Positions 48,858 to 59,419 of a stretch of 64,000 nt of DNA are shown one piece after another (the first letter of the stretch is position 1; each line of letters opens with the position of its first letter). Origin of the DNA: Candidatus Aenigmatarchaeota archaeon (GTDB taxonomy: Archaea; Aenigmatarchaeota; Aenigmatarchaeia; CG10238-14; SCSR01); contig JAHLMT010000001.1 in NCBI GenBank assembly GCA_018920185.1, positions 9,875 to 73,874 on the forward strand, in the 5' to 3' direction. Under the pieces are notes generated by a model that saw only the letters and a program-made list of their open reading frames with translations, had not been told where the DNA came from and did not search any database. Position numbers and translations under genes: made by a program.

Positions 48858-49118
48858 TCATTTAATTACTAATGTTGTCACTGGAAAAGGTTTGCCACAA
48901 ACAATTCCCAGTTCTCTACTTGTCCCATCAAATACTTCAAATTTTGTTTTTGAGACTTTAGAGTTATGTTCAAGTTCTTTCCTCATACTTATCGGTAAAT
49001 TATTAGCTACAATAATCATTTTTGGTGTATTTACTTTTATGTATTTAATACATTCATTATATCCGATAATGACTTTATTTGATTTTATCGCCGATTGGAT
49101 ATCTGATATTTGCACCAT
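48858..49118 (-). CDS. rpl30e: Ribosomal protein eL30
   Basis: 86 aa, L30e/L7Ae-fold, in the conserved position between rpoA'' and nusA. Confidence 0.85.
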   Translation of the reverse strand: MVQISDIQSAIKSNKVIIGYNECIKYIKVNTPKMIIVANNLPISMRKELEHNSKVSKTKFEVFDGTSRELGIVCGKPFPVTTLVIK

Positions 49119-49166
49119 TTTTGTCCTCTATCATTTAATCGTCAAAAGAATTTAAATATTCGGAAT

Positions 49167-50267
49167 TTATTCTTCAGGTCTGACAATCAATTCGAACATT
49201 CCAGTTCCAGCTGGTACAACTTGTCCTATCATTACATTTTCAAAAATTCCCTGTAGGTTATCAACTTCATTTCTAATTGATGCTCGTACAAGATGTTTTA
49301 TAGTTTCTTCAAATGCAGCCCTTGATAAAATAGATGTCTTCGCACCAGCAACACCATATCGACCAATAGAACTCACATCTCCACCAAAAGTCATAATATC
49401 AGCAGCCAACATTACATATCGAATATCTACATCCAGTGCTTGTTCTTGCATAGTTTTCAATGCTTCTCTGATAATTATATTTCTAGCCGCTTCTATACCA
49501 AATACTGCAAGTGTCTCATGTATATCATTTGTATAAGTTCTTCTCTCATCAACTTCTTTGATGTTTAAAGTATCTCTCAAGTTTGTGCCTATCGTGTTTA
49601 TTATCCAATCTTCTCCTTCTTTTCTAACTATAGCATTTCTAATTCCTCTAACTCCATCGATTTGAAGGTCGAGAACTTTCTCCTTTAGCTTCTGTAACTC
49701 TCTTACATCTTCGGTTTTCACAACGATAATAATTTTATCTTCTTTAGCTCTTACACTTACATTTTTTAAATTATCTTTTACTACCTTACAAATCAAATCA
49801 ACTTTCCTCTTATCAGTCACTTCAAATTCAATTGAATTCTCATTTAGATTCAAAGAAATTTTTTTTGTTAAATTAAGTACCTTCCTTTCAACTAAATTCT
49901 CAGCAAGCTTTGCAGCATCATTTGCATTATTATATTCTTTTTTTAGATAGATTGTCATCATAGGTGTTTCCGGTTCTTTTTTAGCATCAAAGATCTCTAT
50001 TAATCGTGGTAGCCCATATGTGACTTTTATACCCGCTATTCCAGCAAAATGATAGGTCCTCATTGTCATTTGTGTAGAGGGTTCAGATATACTTTGGGCA
50101 GCGATAATACCAATGCTTTCTCCTGGTTCAAATCTCCCTTGTTGATAAGCTTTTCTAACCTCTTCCATCAGCTTTTCTTTATTCAGCTTCATTTCTCTAC
50201 TAATTTCTTCTACTTCTTCCACTAATTTAGTGGGTAACTCAAAGTCTGTTTGCAATTGTTCTGACAT
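49167..50267 (-). CDS. rpoA2: DNA-directed RNA polymerase subunit A''
   Basis: 366 aa. Overlaps rpoA' by 29 nt. Confidence 0.9.
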   Translation of the reverse strand: MSEQLQTDFELPTKLVEEVEEISREMKLNKEKLMEEVRKAYQQGRFEPGESIGIIAAQSISEPSTQMTMRTYHFAGIAGIKVTYGLPRLIEIFDAKKEPETPMMTIYLKKEYNNANDAAKLAENLVERKVLNLTKKISLNLNENSIEFEVTDKRKVDLICKVVKDNLKNVSVRAKEDKIIIVVKTEDVRELQKLKEKVLDLQIDGVRGIRNAIVRKEGEDWIINTIGTNLRDTLNIKEVDERRTYTNDIHETLAVFGIEAARNIIIREALKTMQEQALDVDIRYVMLAADIMTFGGDVSSIGRYGVAGAKTSILSRAAFEETIKHLVRASIRNEVDNLQGIFENVMIGQVVPAGTGMFELIVRPEE

Positions 50268-52722
50268 CTATACCAACCTTTTCAATCTTTGAAGGATCTA
50301 ACCCGTCTTCACCAGCTAAGAATTGTATAATTCTATTAGCACTGTCCCTAACTGTTCCGTCATATTCAACTTTCAAATCTTGTAAAGCACCAACAAGTCT
50401 CCTTTCCATATAGCCACTATGTCTAGTTTTCAATGACTTGTCCATTAAAGATTCTCTTGAGTTTATGGCATCAAAGAAAAATTCGAATGGTGTAATGCCG
50501 TCTTTAAATCCTCTGCTAACAAATCCTGTGGCCTCTAAACTTACAGTTCCTTTTTTGAAATGTGGAAAAGTTCTTTGATAATAACCCCGCTCAATTCTCT
50601 CTCCCATAACCATTTCCTGCCCAACCATAGCGGCAGTTTGTACGAGATTAACTAACGACCCCCTTGCACCACTTTTAACCATGGCAAGTGTTGAATTGTC
50701 TTTAATGTATTTTTCCAAGACTTTTTGAACGTCATTTAACCCATTTCTTAGTATATTCTTTATCATATGGTTAAGAGTTTCTTTTGGTGATCTGCCGACT
50801 AAAAGCTTAAGTTCTCCTCTCATATATTGCATATTTATCTCATCAACATCTTTCCTGATTTTTTCTATGATTTCTTTTATTTCACGTCTTGCTACCTCAG
50901 ACAAGTCTTGGTCAGATATGCTAATAGAGAATCCCATCTGCATTAAAAACTCAATCGCAAGTTTTGATATAATATAAATAAACCTTTTGGTAAATTCACC
51001 ACCGTATATTTTTTCTATTTTGTTAATCAACTTTCCGCTTTCTGCACCTACAGCTACTTTATCTATAACACCTTTAACCAATCTCCCATTCTCGATAACA
51101 ACCAAATCTCCTGAACTAGATTTAAATTCGATTGATAGATCTTTTGGTAAGAATAAACTAAACACTTCTTTTCCTGATAAGCTATCTTTATCGGGTAATT
51201 CAATTTTGCTATCAACAGCTCTTACTAATTGTGTAAATTCCTCTCTAGATAGTCTAGTATCATCTTTGGTCAAAAGATACAGACCAGTTATATGATCTCT
51301 GACAGCACCAATAATAGGACCTGAAAACCTTGGACTGCGTATATGTTTTGGAACCATCAAAAGATTCTCTATCTCGACTTTCGCTTCTTCTGTTTGCGGA
51401 ACATGTAGATTCATCTCGTCCCCATCAAAATCTGCGTTGTATGGTGTTGTAGCACTGAGATTTAGTCTAAATGTCTTGAATGGCATAACCTTAACTCTGT
51501 GCCCCATCAAACTCATTCTATGCAAACTTGGTTGTCTATTAAACAAAACAATATCATTATTCTGCAGATGCCTCTCAACAATATATCCTGGAGCAATTTC
51601 ATTTGCAATTTCTTCTTTATTTAGTTCAGTTATTTTTTTTCTTCTACCATCAGGCCTTATGACATAATTAGCACCAGGCCATGTATCAGAACCGTTCAAA
51701 ACAAGTTTTTTAATACTTTCAATATTCCCTTCATTTACTCTAACAGGAACTGTTAACTCTTTTGCAATAACCATCGGTACACCAACCTCATCCACATCAA
51801 TCTTGGGATCGGGAGATATCACAGTTCTCGCAGAAAAATTCACTCTCTTTCCAGCCAAGTTTCCTCTAAATCTACCTTCTTTCGTTTTCAATCTCTGTGA
51901 CAATGTTTTTAAGATTCTTCCTGATCTGTGTCTTGCAGGCGGCACCCCAGTCAATTCATTGTCAAAATAAGTTGCTATATGATATTGTAACAATTCCCAT
52001 AGATCTTCGATGATAAAATCGGGTGCACCCAAATCGATGTTTTCCTTTAATCTATCATTGATTCTAACTATATCAACCAACTTATGTGTTAAATCGTCCT
52101 CGCTTCTCTCACCTGTTTCCAGAGTTATCGAAGGCCTAACAGTTACTGGTGGTATTGGTAACAAAGTAATAACAAGCCATTCGGGTCTTATCTTCAAACC
52201 GATTAAATTCAAATCTTCTTCAGAGATCTTTTCTAATCTCTCTCTGATAGTAGAGGGAGTTAGTGTTTCCGTGCCTTCGATAAATGTATAAGGCTTGATT
52301 AACTTTAATTTCTTTTGTTCTGTGCCACAATATGGACATTTCTTTTTAGCCATTGTTACAAAATCCTTAAAACTCAACCGTTTGCCTTTGATTTTTTCTA
52401 GATCTTTCGTATCAATTAGAATTCTGAGACATTTTCTACAAAACATTTTTAGAAAAGCAAAAATAATTTTTGAATAGTGCACATGAATAACGGGTCGAGT
52501 AAGTTCCAAATAACCAAAGTGACCATAACATTCACCAACACTACCACCACAAGTTCTACATCTTACTCCAGGATCTATAACACCAAGCCGTGGATCCATT
52601 AGTCCTCCTTCTATAGGATATCCCTCCTGGTCGTAGAGTTCCGTTTTTGTAATTTTAGCAACTGCCATATTCTTTATCATCTCAGGCGATAATACAGAAA
52701 ATTCTATCTTTTCAACCTTCAT
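50239..52722 (-). CDS. rpoA1: DNA-directed RNA polymerase subunit A'
   Basis: 827 aa. Zn-binding N-terminus (CRTCGGSVGECYGHFG) and NADFDGDEMN active site. Confidence 0.9.
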   Translation of the reverse strand: MKVEKIEFSVLSPEMIKNMAVAKITKTELYDQEGYPIEGGLMDPRLGVIDPGVRCRTCGGSVGECYGHFGYLELTRPVIHVHYSKIIFAFLKMFCRKCLRILIDTKDLEKIKGKRLSFKDFVTMAKKKCPYCGTEQKKLKLIKPYTFIEGTETLTPSTIRERLEKISEEDLNLIGLKIRPEWLVITLLPIPPVTVRPSITLETGERSEDDLTHKLVDIVRINDRLKENIDLGAPDFIIEDLWELLQYHIATYFDNELTGVPPARHRSGRILKTLSQRLKTKEGRFRGNLAGKRVNFSARTVISPDPKIDVDEVGVPMVIAKELTVPVRVNEGNIESIKKLVLNGSDTWPGANYVIRPDGRRKKITELNKEEIANEIAPGYIVERHLQNNDIVLFNRQPSLHRMSLMGHRVKVMPFKTFRLNLSATTPYNADFDGDEMNLHVPQTEEAKVEIENLLMVPKHIRSPRFSGPIIGAVRDHITGLYLLTKDDTRLSREEFTQLVRAVDSKIELPDKDSLSGKEVFSLFLPKDLSIEFKSSSGDLVVIENGRLVKGVIDKVAVGAESGKLINKIEKIYGGEFTKRFIYIISKLAIEFLMQMGFSISISDQDLSEVARREIKEIIEKIRKDVDEINMQYMRGELKLLVGRSPKETLNHMIKNILRNGLNDVQKVLEKYIKDNSTLAMVKSGARGSLVNLVQTAAMVGQEMVMGERIERGYYQRTFPHFKKGTVSLEATGFVSRGFKDGITPFEFFFDAINSRESLMDKSLKTRHSGYMERRLVGALQDLKVEYDGTVRDSANRIIQFLAGEDGLDPSKIEKVGIDVRTIANRL

Positions 52723-54500
52723 TCTTCACCCACCACTACTTTTGGATATATCAGCATGCTTTTCAGTTCGTCCAACATGAGTTTAAATGCATAGCTCATC
52801 TGGATATCTTTTATTTTTACTTCCCCATCTATTGGACAGACTTTTTTATTTTTAATTTTATCTTGGATTGCAACCAATCCACACACAGAACATATAGAGA
52901 CAGTAGTCTTATCTGAATCGAACCTCTCCTTTAACGCAAGCGATGCACCATGTGCAATTAAACAATCTTTTTCCATCTCGCCAAGTCTGAGACCACCCTC
53001 TTTGCTCCTACCTTCTGTTGGTTGTTTTGTCAATAAAGTAACAGGTCCACGTGATCTTGCATGTATCTTGTTAGAAACCAGATGGTCAAGTTTTTGGTAA
53101 AATGAAGAGCCTATAAAAATCTGGCTTTTAAATCTCTTTCCTGTTCTTCCATCGTACATTATTTCTTTACCATCATTTCTAAATCCGTTCTTTCTCAATA
53201 TATCACGCAATTCTTTTTCTGGAGTCGGACTAAATGCGGGTGAGTTAATGTAATCGCCTGTAACGGCAGCAACTTTCCCCGCGATAATTTCCAACAACTG
53301 TCCAATTGTCATCCTTGAAGGGATACCATGTGGATTGAAAATTATATCCGGAACTATTCCGCTTTCTGTAAATGGCATATCTTCAGGTGGCACAACTAAA
53401 CCAACAACACCTTTTTGTCCATGTCTTGACGCAAATTTGTCACCAATTTCAGGAACTTTCAAATCTCTAACAACAACCTTTATCAATTTAGTTCCATCGA
53501 CAGTCTCTGTAACAAAGACCCTGTCTACTATTCCAAAATCACCGTGTCTTAATCTTACAGAAGTTTCGCGTATATTTTCAAACCCAGTAATAAATCTGTC
53601 CATTGTCCCCAGGAATCTTAGAGGTGACACCCGACCGATAATTACCTTATCAGATTCTAAATCAGTTTCTGGATATGGTATACCATCTTTAGACAGATGT
53701 TTGTACGCATCCTCGCCAGCATATCCTCTAACACCAGCCTCTGGTATACCTATCAAATCTTCCTGCCCACCTAAATATCTTTTTTGTTCTGCTTCGTAGG
53801 TTCTGTACATGTAAGACCAGAAAAGACCTTTTTGCAGAGAACCTGCATTAATTACTATACTATCTTCCATATTATAGCCATCAAAAGATGCAACAGCAAC
53901 AACAACATTGCTTCCATTCGGATGTTTGTCATAGGGGATAACAGAATATACGTGAGTCTGCACCAGAGGTTTGGTTGGATATACCATTACATTAGACTTT
54001 GTATCTGTTCTTAACAAGAAGTTTGTAGCAAAAATACCAATTGACTGTCCAACCATTTTTGCCCCATAGTTTACTCTATCACCCCTGTTGAATTCAGGAT
54101 AAGGAATAAAGGATGCAGATAACCCCAAGATAACAGCTGGATCGAATTCGAGATGAGTGTGTTCTGTCGTCAATTCATTCTCATTCAATGCTATGTAAGC
54201 ATTTTCTTCTTCTTCACTATCAAGAAATTCTACGACCCCGTTTTTAACTAAATCATTCCATCCAATTTCCCCTCTTTTTAATTTTTCTATATGTTCTTTC
54301 GTCAACTTTGGTTTGCCATTCTCAACAATAATCAAAGGTCTTCTAACTCGTCCAGAATCAGAAAGTATTCTGACCTCATCCAGATGTTCGTGATAAGCCA
54401 CATTAACTTGGTAATGTATAGTTCCGTCTCTTCTCTTGGTTCGAATTTCATTCACAAGTTTCTGCGGTTCATTAGTATATCCAACAAATTTCCCATCCAA
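52719..54500 (-). CDS. rpoB1: DNA-directed RNA polymerase subunit B' (C-terminal half of split RpoB)
   Basis: 593 aa. C-terminal Zn motif CSVCGLVA…CPIDG. Overlaps rpoA' by 4 nt. Confidence 0.9.
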   Translation of the reverse strand: MDGKFVGYTNEPQKLVNEIRTKRRDGTIHYQVNVAYHEHLDEVRILSDSGRVRRPLIIVENGKPKLTKEHIEKLKRGEIGWNDLVKNGVVEFLDSEEEENAYIALNENELTTEHTHLEFDPAVILGLSASFIPYPEFNRGDRVNYGAKMVGQSIGIFATNFLLRTDTKSNVMVYPTKPLVQTHVYSVIPYDKHPNGSNVVVAVASFDGYNMEDSIVINAGSLQKGLFWSYMYRTYEAEQKRYLGGQEDLIGIPEAGVRGYAGEDAYKHLSKDGIPYPETDLESDKVIIGRVSPLRFLGTMDRFITGFENIRETSVRLRHGDFGIVDRVFVTETVDGTKLIKVVVRDLKVPEIGDKFASRHGQKGVVGLVVPPEDMPFTESGIVPDIIFNPHGIPSRMTIGQLLEIIAGKVAAVTGDYINSPAFSPTPEKELRDILRKNGFRNDGKEIMYDGRTGKRFKSQIFIGSSFYQKLDHLVSNKIHARSRGPVTLLTKQPTEGRSKEGGLRLGEMEKDCLIAHGASLALKERFDSDKTTVSICSVCGLVAIQDKIKNKKVCPIDGEVKIKDIQMSYAFKLMLDELKSMLIYPKVVVGEE

Positions 54501-54519
54501 AAATATCGAAGCTATATCA

Positions 54520-55995
54520 TCACCTTTTAATTAACTCAGCTATTGGTTTCAATTCTTTTTCTTGTAGGCCACGAGTGACTTCTGCCATTATTGCAAGATA
54601 TTTTCTCAAGCCAATAGTTGCACCTTCTGGTGTTTCACTTGTGCATAATTTACCAAAATGTGTTGGATGCAATTCTCTAGCTTCAAAATGCTCTTGAGTC
54701 GATGTTAAAGGTGACAAAACATTTCTCATATGTGAAATTGTTTTTATGTAGCTTCCCCTTTCTAACCTCTGACTAACTCCAGTCCTTCCACCCACCCATG
54801 AACCTATAGCAAGAGCAGATACCAATTGATTGCTCAAGACATTAGATTCAATTATTGACTGCAGTGGAGGTAATCTACCCCTTTTTGTTAATTTCTGATA
54901 ATTATAGGTTACTCTTGTGATTAACCCCCATTTACCAAGTAATATCGACCGCAGTAGTATTTCCAATAAATCTCCAGATAGTCTTAATCTTTTATTCGAA
55001 TAGTGATCCAGATCATCTTCTTCAATTTTTCCTAGATGAAGCTTGATTAATTTTTCTATAGCTTTTGCAAGAAATAACGCTTTTGAAAGTCTGTCGGAAG
55101 ATTCCTGACCAAGATGTGGAAGCAAATATCTGTCAACAATTTTTGCAGCACGATCTATTCTATTTTCTTTTTGTGGTATTCTTAGAAACCGTCCGATTTC
55201 ATCTAGACCTTCTTCTTTATTAACAGCTTCAGTTTCATACAGATTTATGTAGAATTCTTCTTGTACTTCTTCATCTTGTGAGATAGCGGTAATAATATCT
55301 TTATCAGTTTCCAATCCTAAAGCCTTCAATAAAGTTCCAATAGGTAGACGTGTTATATTAGCAAAGCTTATTGTTATCGTCCCATCAAGCTTTCTTTCAA
55401 GTAAATGTCTCTGAACATACCCATCTTTTTCAGAATGTATTCTTGCTATTTCAGTTATGCTACCAGTACCAACTTTAGTTGTTATTATTCTATTTGGAGC
55501 AATTTCTTCAACTAAAACAAGAATTCTCTCAGTACCATTGACAATGAAGTATCCACCGGGATCATCAGGATCTTCACCTGCTTCAATCAACTGTTGTCTT
55601 GACATCTGTGATAAAGGACATATTTTAGATTTGACCATCACAGGCATGTCACCAAAGTTAACAACTACAGGTTCACCTACTTGTTTGTTTATTACAGGAG
55701 TTATCTCAACATACATGGGTGCTGCATAAGTCAGATTTCTTATTCTTGCCTCCGCAGGTAGAATAGGACGTACACTCCCATCAGCTTCTTTTATAGTAGG
55801 TTCACCAATTTTGAAATCACCTAACTTTAGCTTTATATCACCGATCTCAGAAACATCGGGTTTTATTTCTTTGATTTCGCTTAAGACTTTTGGTATCCTT
55901 CGTGTGATGAAATCGTTATAAGAATCTATCTGGAACTTAACAAATCCGTTCTCACGTACAAAGCTGTCCAGCAGAATAACAAATCCGTTATTCAT
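54520..55995 (-). CDS. rpoB2: DNA-directed RNA polymerase subunit B'' (N-terminal half of split RpoB)
   Basis: 491 aa. Follows rpoH as in Euryarchaeota-type split rpoB arrangements. Confidence 0.9.
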   Translation of the reverse strand: MNNGFVILLDSFVRENGFVKFQIDSYNDFITRRIPKVLSEIKEIKPDVSEIGDIKLKLGDFKIGEPTIKEADGSVRPILPAEARIRNLTYAAPMYVEITPVINKQVGEPVVVNFGDMPVMVKSKICPLSQMSRQQLIEAGEDPDDPGGYFIVNGTERILVLVEEIAPNRIITTKVGTGSITEIARIHSEKDGYVQRHLLERKLDGTITISFANITRLPIGTLLKALGLETDKDIITAISQDEEVQEEFYINLYETEAVNKEEGLDEIGRFLRIPQKENRIDRAAKIVDRYLLPHLGQESSDRLSKALFLAKAIEKLIKLHLGKIEEDDLDHYSNKRLRLSGDLLEILLRSILLGKWGLITRVTYNYQKLTKRGRLPPLQSIIESNVLSNQLVSALAIGSWVGGRTGVSQRLERGSYIKTISHMRNVLSPLTSTQEHFEARELHPTHFGKLCTSETPEGATIGLRKYLAIMAEVTRGLQEKELKPIAELIKR

Positions 55996-55997
55996 TT

Positions 55998-56189
55998 TTA
56001 TCCCTTTACAACAACTCTGTAGTATAAAGTTTCACCAGCAACAGGAGATTTTCTAATAATTTTAACAACATCACCAACTTTTCCACCTATTTGACGAATA
56101 ACAGGATCATTCACAAAAATTCTTGGCAATTGCCTTAATGTAATTTTATATTTATTCAATAATTCTTGTTTCTCTTCATCAGTTAACAA
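55998..56189 (-). CDS. rpoH: DNA-directed RNA polymerase subunit H (Rpo5)
   Basis: 63 aa. GDVVKIIRKSPVAGETLYYRVVV. Confidence 0.8.
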   Translation of the reverse strand: MLTDEEKQELLNKYKITLRQLPRIFVNDPVIRQIGGKVGDVVKIIRKSPVAGETLYYRVVVKG

Positions 56190-56404
56190 AATGTGTTTGG
56201 GTACTAGCTCGTTCTTGGTTAAATCTATCTCTTTCGTGTTTACACCTCGATAAAATTGGCTGGCCGGATATACGTACTCACATGTAGAACAACAATTAAT
56301 CTTTCGATAATGATATCCCCATGAGGCCGATTGGATATCCTATATATCTTATTTGTAGATTTTTAAATTTATTGGTTTGTGACTTTTGAGGTATTTGAGA
56401 GATT

Positions 56405-56877
56405 AAAATAGCGCCTTGGGCGGGATTTTCAGGAATTTTCTATTCCATTTGAATTCGCGGACAATTAATTGTCTCCCGCGTCGAAGCCGTTCTGTGTGGC
56501 CTTGACAGGGATATAATCTTTCGATCTTTATCCTAGGCCACTAGACGACCATCACCAACCTATGGTTTAAGGCAGTCGAAACCCAAGGCTAAGAATAATT
56601 ATACATTGGTTAAATTTATAAAACTTAGATATGAATTGGTAAATCAAACAATTTCTACAATAATCAGATGGTTTTTATTAGAATTCATTTTGGCGACCTA
56701 CTTCGGGTATTTAACTGGTTTCGGTGCTTATTTAGTTCGTGGAGATTTATCAAATAAATATCTGACGGCGTGGTGCGAGTCCCGTGACTTTCGTCACAGT
56801 ACAATGCACTACGTTGAACTGTTTGATTACTGCGTTCGAATGAGAGCAGATCGTTCCAGTTCGCTTTGGCCGTCAGT
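56405..56877. other. GC-enriched structured non-coding segment(s) with long-range inverted repeats (candidate ncRNA or decayed foreign DNA)
   Basis: GCGCCTTGGG (56405) pairs with CCCAAGGC (~56583), enclosing hairpins CGCGGACAATTAATTGTCTCCCGCG and GGCC…AGGGATAT…ATATCCTAGGCC. A second closed stem pairs CTGACGGCG (56762) with GGCCGTCAG (56868), with nested hairpins GTGACTTTCGTCAC and GAACTG…CAGTTC. Confidence 0.2.
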
Positions 56878-56912
56878 AAAATTATGATGACACTCAATAT
56901 TTTTAAAGATTG

Positions 56913-57023
56913 TCCCCGCTGAGAGAGTCGAACTCTCAACCTCACCGTTTCCGGTAGAGTGCTGACTTCTAGCACAAAAGTACTAGGCTACAGCGGCGCG
57001 CTCTACCATTGAGCTAAGCGGGG
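56913..57023 (-). tRNA. tRNA-Tyr (anticodon GTA) with 39-nt intron at 37/38
   Basis: Acceptor CCCCGCT/AGCGGGG gives the C1:G72 archaeal Tyr identity pair, with discriminator A. D arm GCTC-AATGGTA-GAGC. Anticodon arm CGCCG-CTGTAG[39 nt]A-CGGTG. T arm GAGAG-TTCGACT-CTCTC. Confidence 0.7.
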
Positions 57024-57056
57024 TAATAGAATAGACATCTTGTTAATATAAAAATC

Positions 57057-58496
57057 TTACACACCAGCTTTAACCAACGCTTCTTTCGACACACTCATTC
57101 TCTTAACTTTCTGTCTGTCTAAGAAAACCATCTGCGCTTCTGGTAAAGTAAGATGTCCGACAACATCTACAACAGGTTTTATCCTATATGTTATAATTCT
57201 TTCTTCACCAGATCTCATCGAACCGATTTTCCATCTCAACTCTGTCCCATCAGGAACTCTTTTTATCTTGGGTCTTAGTGTATCAAATCTGTCAACAACT
57301 TTTGCAATCTGGGGTACGACATCAACAATTTCTACATCTTTAATTTCGTGTAAAGCTTTATTCTTTACTTCAAGTAATACAAGAATTTCTTTCCCACGTG
57401 TTATTTCACCTTCGTGTCTAACGGTTTTGCTAATTCTCGGCTTAGATAACCATCTATATGCACCATATCCAACGCCACCTAATAATGCAAAAGTTAACCA
57501 TATTCGCCAGATAGCAAATTTATACGTAATTGTATACTGTTCACCTGGAGCTAATGTTGGTACAAGCCATGTATACACAACTCTATTAACAGATGAATCA
57601 GTTGATATCGGTTCGACGTCTGGATCAAACAGAGCTTGAGCAAATTTTGGAATAGATTCTGTTACTTTAAACGATGGTAATTCGATATTTCCTTCATTCT
57701 TGACTTTGATTGATACAGATGAGAACAAAATAGTATAGCTACTGTCTTTTTTTGTATATTCGGTTGGAGGTTGAGTGACCGCATTCACTTGGAAATTATC
57801 TGATTTTGAATGTCTCAACTGTCCTGAAACATCACGTAATTCAACTTCTACAACATAGCTTCCAGGTGCAGCATATTTATCAAGATTAAAACTTTTGATA
57901 ACATCGATAGAAGATTTAGCTCCAATTGAATCCAAGCTCTCGTCGAAACTCTTGACAATACTCCTGCCTTTTCTTACAGTTATTTTCAAGAAATTCTTTT
58001 CTGAAAGAGTGTCCTCAAGATTGAATACTTTAACGTTTATTCTAACTTCTTCACCGGGATTTAGCGTATATTTCTCTAAAGTTACAGATGGTATATAAAC
58101 AGAAGTTAGTCTTTGTACAGTTAATATAACATTCTTAGTATCGAATATAGATGCGTCAGAGGTCGATCTAGCAGTTAATTCAAATTGTGTTGATATAGGC
58201 TCAGCGTCAATTGGGATGGAGAAGGTTAATTTTATTATTTTTTCTTCATTTGGTGACAAAGTCAAAATAAAACTTTCCAAGCTCGCTAAGATTTTTTCAA
58301 ATTGTGTAGGAAATAAAGACAATGTGAAAGTATCTGTTTTATTTTGGGTGTTTCTTACAGTTACATCTACGGTCGATACCTCTGTTGTATACCCAATTAT
58401 ATTGCTTTTTACAGATAGTTCCACTCCAGCTGCAAATACAGTTGAAATGCTAAGCAGAAATGATAGGATGAATGTAAAAATTAGAAACCTATTCAT
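57057..58496 (-). CDS. Secreted/surface protein with signal peptide and C-terminal TM anchor plus cytoplasmic tail
   Basis: 479 aa. N-terminus MNRFLIFTFILSFLLSISTVFA. Beta-rich extracellular region. TM WRIWLTFALLGGVGYGAYRWL. ~120-aa C-terminal tail. Confidence 0.55.
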   Translation of the reverse strand: MNRFLIFTFILSFLLSISTVFAAGVELSVKSNIIGYTTEVSTVDVTVRNTQNKTDTFTLSLFPTQFEKILASLESFILTLSPNEEKIIKLTFSIPIDAEPISTQFELTARSTSDASIFDTKNVILTVQRLTSVYIPSVTLEKYTLNPGEEVRINVKVFNLEDTLSEKNFLKITVRKGRSIVKSFDESLDSIGAKSSIDVIKSFNLDKYAAPGSYVVEVELRDVSGQLRHSKSDNFQVNAVTQPPTEYTKKDSSYTILFSSVSIKVKNEGNIELPSFKVTESIPKFAQALFDPDVEPISTDSSVNRVVYTWLVPTLAPGEQYTITYKFAIWRIWLTFALLGGVGYGAYRWLSKPRISKTVRHEGEITRGKEILVLLEVKNKALHEIKDVEIVDVVPQIAKVVDRFDTLRPKIKRVPDGTELRWKIGSMRSGEERIITYRIKPVVDVVGHLTLPEAQMVFLDRQKVKRMSVSKEALVKAGV

Positions 58497-58546
58497 ATGT
58501 TCACTAATAGTATTTCTTTTTCTGTATATTTTAAACTTAACAATAT

Positions 58547-59167
58547 CTATTTCTTTTTCAACTTGTCGATAATCTGGTTAATTATCGGTTTAAAAGCTTC
58601 CTCTTTTGTTCCTGTCTGAAAGAGATAGGATATATCGTATTTTTTCTTGAATTGGTCAACTGACGTCATGTATTCAAATTCTTTTGGTTTAGGTTTTGCG
58701 GCTTTTTCTGCAGGATAACCTAAAGTTACAATTCCAACTGGTCGAAGTTCATTTGGTAACCCGAGTGCGGTTTTAACATCTTGCTCATCAAAGGCTCTTA
58801 TCCAATTAGTTCCTAGTCCAAGGAATTGTGCTGTAATCATCATTATTGTTATCGCCGCTGCGGTATCTTGTATAGAATAAAGATATTCACCCCTTTCTTC
58901 ATATTTTATGCTGAATTTCTTCAAATCTGCACAGACAACAATATCTACTGGTGCATCTTTTACTACATCTAGCTTAAAAGCAGCTTTGTATAGCAAATTT
59001 TTAACTTCAGGATCTCTGACAACAATGAATTCCCACCCTTGAATACCACCAGCACTTTCTGCGTGATTAGCCATGTAAAGAATAACACCAATTAGTTTGT
59101 CATCGACGTCTTTCTTTTCGTATTTTTTCACAGTTTCCAATTTTGTAACTGCTGTGAAGAAATCCAT
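58547..59167 (-). CDS. Nitroreductase-family flavoprotein
   Basis: 206 aa; nitroreductase/NADH-oxidase fold residues (…SAGGIQGWEFIVVRD…). Confidence 0.7.
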   Translation of the reverse strand: MDFFTAVTKLETVKKYEKKDVDDKLIGVILYMANHAESAGGIQGWEFIVVRDPEVKNLLYKAAFKLDVVKDAPVDIVVCADLKKFSIKYEERGEYLYSIQDTAAAITIMMITAQFLGLGTNWIRAFDEQDVKTALGLPNELRPVGIVTLGYPAEKAAKPKPKEFEYMTSVDQFKKKYDISYLFQTGTKEEAFKPIINQIIDKLKKK

Positions 59168-59200
59168 AAAAATAATTTGTTAATTAAAATGTAAATCCTT

Positions 59201-59377
59201 TTATAATCTGCGGGTAAATCCACATTTACCGCATACATAAAGCTCGGAAAATTTAGATTCGTCATTCGTAGAAAAAACTCTTTTCAATACCATTCTTTCT
59301 TCTTTATGAGAATTTTTGAGACAACTCTCACAAGATAAGTGTCTCCAATTGTTTGAATAACTATGGCTTAATGTCAT
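59201..59377 (-). CDS. 58-aa zinc-ribbon protein
   Basis: Hand-translated MTLSHSYSNNWRHLSCESCLKNSHKEERMVLKRVFSTNDESKFSELYVCGKCGFTRRL. Confidence 0.35.
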   Translation of the reverse strand: MTLSHSYSNNWRHLSCESCLKNSHKEERMVLKRVFSTNDESKFSELYVCGKCGFTRRL

Positions 59378-59419
59378 CTTCTAGATAACCTATTTATTTG
59401 TTTATAGTTTTCCTTATAA

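Noticed and set aside
56762-56877. 5S rRNA between rpoH and tRNA-Tyr
   Set aside because: The length (~115 nt) and terminal pairing are suggestive. The sequence lacks the conserved 5S loop motifs and does not resemble archaeal 5S consensus by eye. It is kept only as an unclassified structured region.
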